Positions 59,104 to 64,000 of a DNA stretch of 64,000 nucleotides are shown piece by piece. The notes under the pieces were generated by a model that was given only the letters and a program-made list of their open reading frames with translations, was not told the DNA's origin and ran no database searches. How positions within the stretch are numbered: the first letter of the stretch is position 1; each line of letters opens with the position of its first letter. Origin of the DNA: Candidatus Bathyarchaeota archaeon (GTDB taxonomy: Archaea; Thermoproteota; Bathyarchaeia; Bathyarchaeales; Bathycorpusculaceae); assembly GCA_963811105.1 (NCBI GenBank), contig CAWEPZ010000009.1, forward strand, positions 96,001-160,000, written 5' to 3'. A program made the translations under genes and the position numbers.

Positions 59104-60161
59104 TTGATGATTTCTCCTTCGAGTTTGCTAGCAACCATCAAGGCAACAGCAAACGCAGGAGTCGCTAAGGTAGCATCGTTTTGAATTAATGTTCCCAAAT
59201 CAACTATGGTTTTAATATTAATTTGCTGGGCAGCTCTCCTTGCGATAAAATCTTTGCCAAGACCTGTAACAACCACAGGTACTTTAGTTGAGGTCAGCTT
59301 TTCGGTGTAAGCGATAACTTTGGTTAAGCCTTCTGCAACCTGCATGATTTGTTGGGATTGAATGTATTTTGCAATGCTGATAATTTCTCGTTGAGTCAAC
59401 ATTTCTCTATCCGCGCAAACTACCCTTGCTATCCTAGCTAAAGCTTCAGGTAAAGTTTTTCCTCTTCCATCAGCAGTCTCGCAGCAATACTGTTTCTCCA
59501 GTATGTTGCCTAATACTAAATGAACGTCAGCAGACAACGCAAAAAGTTCAGAAGCAACACCCGCAATGCCCATTTTGACTGGCACAGAATGCACAATGGC
59601 CGCAACATTAGTCCTTAAACTTCCCGTGTAAACTAGTTCTCCGCAGATAAGCTTCTCCAAATCTGTCATGCCCTTCGCCACAACTTGCCCATTTACGATG
59701 GGAATTATGCTAGCGCTTGTGCTTCCAACATCCATCACCACACAGTCCTTAACAACCTCTGAAACCAACCAACCTGTTGCAGCCCAATTAGCTGCCGCAA
59801 CCGTAAGCGGCTGCTCTTCAGCCAATCTAAGAGGCACAATTTCGGAGTTTGTGGTTAAAACGTATACCGTCTCATTTGGAAAAGCTTCTTTAATACAGTT
59901 TAGAATTTTGTGTACGCCTTCTCGTTTCGTAGCGAACGCGTCAGATAATTCAGCTGTCATGGTTACGCCCAAGGCATCAAGTCTGTTGGTGCCCAAGCTT
60001 TTCTTTAGTGCTAAGAGGATATTGACGAGTTTTTCTGGCTCTTTCCAAATTGGAAAGTACTCAATTGCCTCCTTAATGTCCTCTATTTTGCCGTCTTTTG
60101 TGGTTATTACGGCAGCTTTGGTATTAGCGCCCCCAACATCGTAACCTAACACGCATACCAA
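59085..60161 (-). CDS. mfnF: hydantoinase-like methanofuran biosynthesis protein
   Basis: DVGGANTK, TMTAELSD-x-F, AANW, GELVYTG-x-LRT. Confidence 0.88.
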   Translation of the reverse strand: MVCVLGYDVGGANTKAAVITTKDGKIEDIKEAIEYFPIWKEPEKLVNILLALKKSLGTNRLDALGVTMTAELSDAFATKREGVHKILNCIKEAFPNETVYVLTTNSEIVPLRLAEEQPLTVAAANWAATGWLVSEVVKDCVVMDVGSTSASIIPIVNGQVVAKGMTDLEKLICGELVYTGSLRTNVAAIVHSVPVKMGIAGVASELFALSADVHLVLGNILEKQYCCETADGRGKTLPEALARIARVVCADREMLTQREIISIAKYIQSQQIMQVAEGLTKVIAYTEKLTSTKVPVVVTGLGKDFIARRAAQQINIKTIVDLGTLIQNDATLATPAFAVALMVASKLEGEIIKWTPLQ

Positions 60162-60162
60162 G

Positions 60163-61395
60163 CTATTTTCCTCTGCTAACAATATTCAGTAAACGGTTTT
60201 TGGCTTCTTCTAATCGCAAGCTTGCTTTCTCTAAAGAGTTGCCTTCGCCAGTAACCAAAGAGATGGCTTTTTTCCTGTTGTCTAAAGTAAATGGAGGGGA
60301 AACAACTTCTTTCATTTCTGCCGATTCATGGAAAGCGCTGGTTGTCGGTTTGATTGTTTCTACTTTCGAAAAAAATGCAAAACCGCTGATCTGATTTTGG
60401 ACTGGAAGATCATGTTTCAAAACTGCGTCAATTATTGCTTGAGCAATGTTGAAATTGACTGTTTTGTTTACTCCTATGTAGGAGGTTGTTAACCGTGGAT
60501 TTACATCCACTACAAAGGGTTGTTTCTCTGCCAAAATAAAGTCAACCCCGACATATCCTCTTAAGCCTGGAAAACATCCAACAACTTTTTCTGCTATCTG
60601 GAATGCTTCTTTCTTTTGCGGGTTTTCAAAGGGAACAACGCCGCCCTCATAACTTGAAAACTGATTTGGTGGGGCAAGTCTGATGCTTTGTTTGTTCAAG
60701 CTAATGGGCAAGATTTTACCTTCTGCCACAAGTAAGCTGACGCTTACCGCTTCGCCCTCAATAAATTCTTGAACAATAAAACTTTTACATGTAGATTGAT
60801 CTATGATCTTTGCGAGGGCTTTCTCGATTTGCGTGTCATTTCTAACGATGCTTAAGCCGCCGCAACATACTCCATCTATAGGCTTGAAAACTATTGGATA
60901 AACAAATTTTCTTCTGATGGCTCGCTTAATTACAGCTATGTCATCTGTAACATTAAGTACGAGACTTTTAGGTATGAGTAAACGATCTTTTCTCAAAGTT
61001 TCATATAGAACAGCTTTGTCTGCAACCTTCTGAATAGAGTTGGATGAACAGTTAAGCGAAATTTTACCTGTCTTCTCGATGAGAGCTACCAGCGATTGCA
61101 GGGTTCCCCCTGTTTCAGGTGCAATGATGTAGGCAGCATCATTAATTTGAGCGATGTCTCGGAGAAATGTTTTTGACTCTTCGGGATAAAAGACAGGAAC
61201 TGTGCAGTCAACATTCATGGGTGGATTAAGTTTTGAAAGTCGGGCATCAAGCAAAACCGTTACTTCGTGACCTGCTTCTTTGAAATCAGCCGCTACCGTA
61301 CGAAGCATTGCAAAGCCTTCAGCTAAAACGCTTGGTGGAATTGGTTGCCCTGCATATCCACCGCCTGAAACGTGCTCGTAAACGATAATCCTCAA
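60163..61395 (-). CDS. mfnD: ATP-grasp tyramine--L-glutamate ligase
   Basis: EG-x-AML, IIAPE, QEFIEG, GYVGVD, VNPRLTTSY. Confidence 0.88.
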   Translation of the reverse strand: MRIIVYEHVSGGGYAGQPIPPSVLAEGFAMLRTVAADFKEAGHEVTVLLDARLSKLNPPMNVDCTVPVFYPEESKTFLRDIAQINDAAYIIAPETGGTLQSLVALIEKTGKISLNCSSNSIQKVADKAVLYETLRKDRLLIPKSLVLNVTDDIAVIKRAIRRKFVYPIVFKPIDGVCCGGLSIVRNDTQIEKALAKIIDQSTCKSFIVQEFIEGEAVSVSLLVAEGKILPISLNKQSIRLAPPNQFSSYEGGVVPFENPQKKEAFQIAEKVVGCFPGLRGYVGVDFILAEKQPFVVDVNPRLTTSYIGVNKTVNFNIAQAIIDAVLKHDLPVQNQISGFAFFSKVETIKPTTSAFHESAEMKEVVSPPFTLDNRKKAISLVTGEGNSLEKASLRLEEAKNRLLNIVSRGK

Positions 61396-61435
61396 ACTTT
61401 CCCTTCAAGAATCGAGGAAAAGCAGCAAGACGTGT

Positions 61436-62572
61436 TTAAAGCTTTTGGGTTTCGTTGACCTCTTTCAGAAAAGCCAAAACATGCCGCCTCTTCACGTGAG
61501 GCATCAAGACAAGTCGGATGCAATCATAACGTGGCACGTAAGAGACAAACCAGCCTTTCTGCCATAGGTTTTCAGCTAAACGTTTTGTATTTTGAGTTCG
61601 GAAAGCTACGATATTCAAAGGTGGCTCTGTGACAAGTTGAAAACCAGAATTTACGAGTCCATCAGCTAAGAGCTTGGAGTTTATCATGCATTTGCCAACG
61701 ATTTTTTTAAAACCCACAACGCCAAGGTGATTAAGGACTGCCCATGCCGAAGCTGCTGAACCTCCTGATCTTGTTCCTGCAATCGTGTATTGAAATCGGT
61801 CAGTTAGGTATGTTGTTTCAGTTTTTATTGAATCTAAAGTTTTGTTATTTCTGAAAATGATTCCTCCAGCGGGGATTGCTGCCATGCCCATCTTGTGTGG
61901 ATCAACGGTTATAGATTGAACTGTGGGCAAATTGAAATCAAAATCTATTTTGACATTTGCTAAGAAAGGAATTACTAAGCCGCCGAAGGCAGCATCAACA
62001 TGAAAATACAAGTTATGCTCTTTTGCGATGCGGGACAACTTCTCCATTGGGTCAACTACGCCTAACTCAGCTGTTCCAGCTGTGCCAACAATGGCGACTG
62101 TGTTCTTGCTAATGCATTTTTTAACTGATGAGGGGTCAACCCTGAAAGAGCCATCTAAACTAGCGTAAACAGGCTTAGTATTTAGCATCTTGCAAATTTT
62201 CGTGAAGGAAAAATGAGCTGACTCTGGCAAAACCACTTCAGGCTGATCAACACGCGCCATGTTTCTTGCAGCCAAAAGCGCCATCAAATTTGCTTCTGTT
62301 CCGCCTGAAACAATGAAGCCACTGCATTTTTTGCCATGAAGAAGTGTTGCCAGTTGATTTATGACTTCTTTTTCAAGCTTTACGCTTCCCGGAAATAATC
62401 CTGGGTCGCCAAGGTTGGAGTTGAGGAACATTTCGTATGCTTTTTGGGCTATAGGATGAGGTTTTGTGCACATGGAGCATAGTATTCTGCCGTTGTCATA
62501 CATTTGGTCTTGCTTTCGGATTTGTTTTAGCTTATCCGATACGGATTTTTTGCTTGCCCCCTCAATATTCAA
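61436..62572 (-). CDS. mfnA: tyrosine/aspartate decarboxylase (PLP group II)
   Basis: SMCT-x-PH, NLGDPGLF, SGGTEAN, HVDAAFGG, DPHK. Confidence 0.95.
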   Translation of the reverse strand: MNIEGASKKSVSDKLKQIRKQDQMYDNGRILCSMCTKPHPIAQKAYEMFLNSNLGDPGLFPGSVKLEKEVINQLATLLHGKKCSGFIVSGGTEANLMALLAARNMARVDQPEVVLPESAHFSFTKICKMLNTKPVYASLDGSFRVDPSSVKKCISKNTVAIVGTAGTAELGVVDPMEKLSRIAKEHNLYFHVDAAFGGLVIPFLANVKIDFDFNLPTVQSITVDPHKMGMAAIPAGGIIFRNNKTLDSIKTETTYLTDRFQYTIAGTRSGGSAASAWAVLNHLGVVGFKKIVGKCMINSKLLADGLVNSGFQLVTEPPLNIVAFRTQNTKRLAENLWQKGWFVSYVPRYDCIRLVLMPHVKRRHVLAFLKEVNETQKL

Positions 62573-62575
62573 AGC

Positions 62576-63304
62576 CTAAGTCCTCTTCTTTTCTGCTTGC
62601 TTAAGAATATCCACTAATTCACGGACTAAGTCCTTTTTCAGTTGGCCAGTTACTCGATTACTATTTGTACATGCGGCTCCACGTAGACCCGCAACATCAG
62701 CACCTAAACCATAAACTACTGACAAATCTTGCTTACGCAACGAACCAGCCAACGCAGCCTCCAAGCCAAAATCATGTGCAGAATCTACAAATTTTGCAAG
62801 TTGCTTCTCAGTTAAGAAACTGAAAAGGGTTTTGTCATCTTTAATTGCTGTATCAATCATAGCTACGTCCACATGAGCATTGAATGCTATTTCAGGAATT
62901 AACATTGGGTTTAGGGCATCGATTCGTTCTGCGTCAGCGTAACCTGCGGCTACAATTTTGATTTTAGGGTAATATTCTTTGACTGCTTGGCTAACGTTTT
63001 GTAACAGATAAATTGCTTGTTGAGAAGTTTTTAATCCAAATAGTCCCACTTTAACATAATCGACACCTAAAGATGCAGCTCCTAGTGCAGCCAAAGATAT
63101 GGAACCTGGCAAGTTGGGAATCTCACCCAGCGTGCAACTGACCTCGATGTTTTTCGGAGTTATCTCTTTTATTTTTTTGATGACCCATGGAAAATTGGCG
63201 CCTAACGCTCCTTCCTGCGGGTTTTTTACGTCAATTATGTCTGCGCCTCCAGCGATGGCTTCAGAGGCTTCTTGCTCGTTAATGGGACTTATCAATAGTT
63301 TCAA
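62576..63304 (-). CDS. mfnB: (5-formylfuran-3-yl)methyl phosphate synthase
   Basis: LLISP, GGADIIDVKNP-x-EG-x-LGANFPW, DTA-x-KD, ALAGSL, RGAAC. Confidence 0.95.
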   Translation of the reverse strand: MKLLISPINEQEASEAIAGGADIIDVKNPQEGALGANFPWVIKKIKEITPKNIEVSCTLGEIPNLPGSISLAALGAASLGVDYVKVGLFGLKTSQQAIYLLQNVSQAVKEYYPKIKIVAAGYADAERIDALNPMLIPEIAFNAHVDVAMIDTAIKDDKTLFSFLTEKQLAKFVDSAHDFGLEAALAGSLRKQDLSVVYGLGADVAGLRGAACTNSNRVTGQLKKDLVRELVDILKQAEKKRT

Positions 63305-63409
63305 CTTAGCATCCTATTCATGCGAATTCACAGTTGCTTTAAAAGTTTTGCTGTAATGATGACTATCTTTTTCTATTTGTTAGGAATCAATTCAGTGATA
63401 GTGAACATC

Positions 63410-64000
63410 GTGAAGGTCATACCCGTAATAGATATTTTAAATGGCGTAGTGGTTCATGCGGTTAAAGGCAAAAGGCAAGAGTACAAACCGATTCAAAGCG
63501 TTCTAACTCAGTCGGTTGATCCTTTGGCAATTGCATGGATATTCAAAAAGAGTGGTTTCACTGATTTGTATATCGCTGATTTAGATGCGATAATTGATTG
63601 TTCAACAGATTTCCATGCAATCAAGCGAATTGTCGATGAAACTGGGCTTAAGTTGATCGTTGATGCAGGAGTAACCGACCTTGAAAGGGCACAGAAGCTT
63701 CTTGACAGCGGAATTTCAAAACTTGTAATTGGCACCGAAACGTTAACAACCAAAACTTTCGTCGCTGATGCGATAGAACGTTTTGGGCGCGACCGGATTA
63801 TTGTTAGTCTAGATCTAAAAGGTAATGAAATCTTTGCCAAACTGGCGTTTGATGGCTGCCTGAACCCATTGTGTCTATTAAATGACTTTAAGACGATGAG
63901 TCTTTCAAGTGTGATTGTTTTGGATTTGACTCGTGTTGGTAGCGGTGAAGGAGTAAATATTGATTTCCTAAGAAAAGTGCTTGAGATAGGCGGCATGGAT
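63410..64000 (+). CDS. HisA/HisF-like TIM-barrel protein of C1-cofactor gene clusters, truncated by window edge
   Basis: manual translation MKVIPVIDILNGVVVHAVKGKRQEYKPI...YIADLDAI...DAG...GTET...LDLTRVGSGEG; absent from ORF track because no stop. Confidence 0.88.
   Translation, partial: MKVIPVIDILNGVVVHAVKGKRQEYKPIQSVLTQSVDPLAIAWIFKKSGFTDLYIADLDAIIDCSTDFHAIKRIVDETGLKLIVDAGVTDLERAQKLLDSGISKLVIGTETLTTKTFVADAIERFGRDRIIVSLDLKGNEIFAKLAFDGCLNPLCLLNDFKTMSLSSVIVLDLTRVGSGEGVNIDFLRKVLEIGGMD

Overview
This is archaeal chromosomal DNA. An eL38 ribosomal protein, a Cren7-like protein, tsr3 and a methanofuran cluster point to a Bathyarchaeia-like TACK archaeon (inference). Core-type blocks are an ArsR-linked ABC/HtrA operon, mtnP-apt-macro-tsr3-nnr-pncA, a second ABC system, rpl38e, mgtA and mfnBADFE with a divergent HisA-like gene. 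They alternate with accessory or decayed DNA, mostly at the 3' ends of four tRNA genes: Val-GAC, Ser-TGA, Val-CAC and Phe-GAA. Three non-coding structures stand out. (1) Downstream of tRNA-Phe lies a tandem array of three integrase-less cargo modules, each closed by a conserved ~150-170 bp end sequence plus a copy of the last 13 nt of the tRNA. (2) An IS1182-family element and a related 128-bp MITE both sit at the same position of that end sequence. (3) A separate ~28-bp GTATAC-headed motif occurs seven times between 21.5 and 31.8 kb and brackets cargo genes and pseudogenes. No site-specific recombinase is visible in the window. All family assignments come from motif recognition by eye, not database searches.
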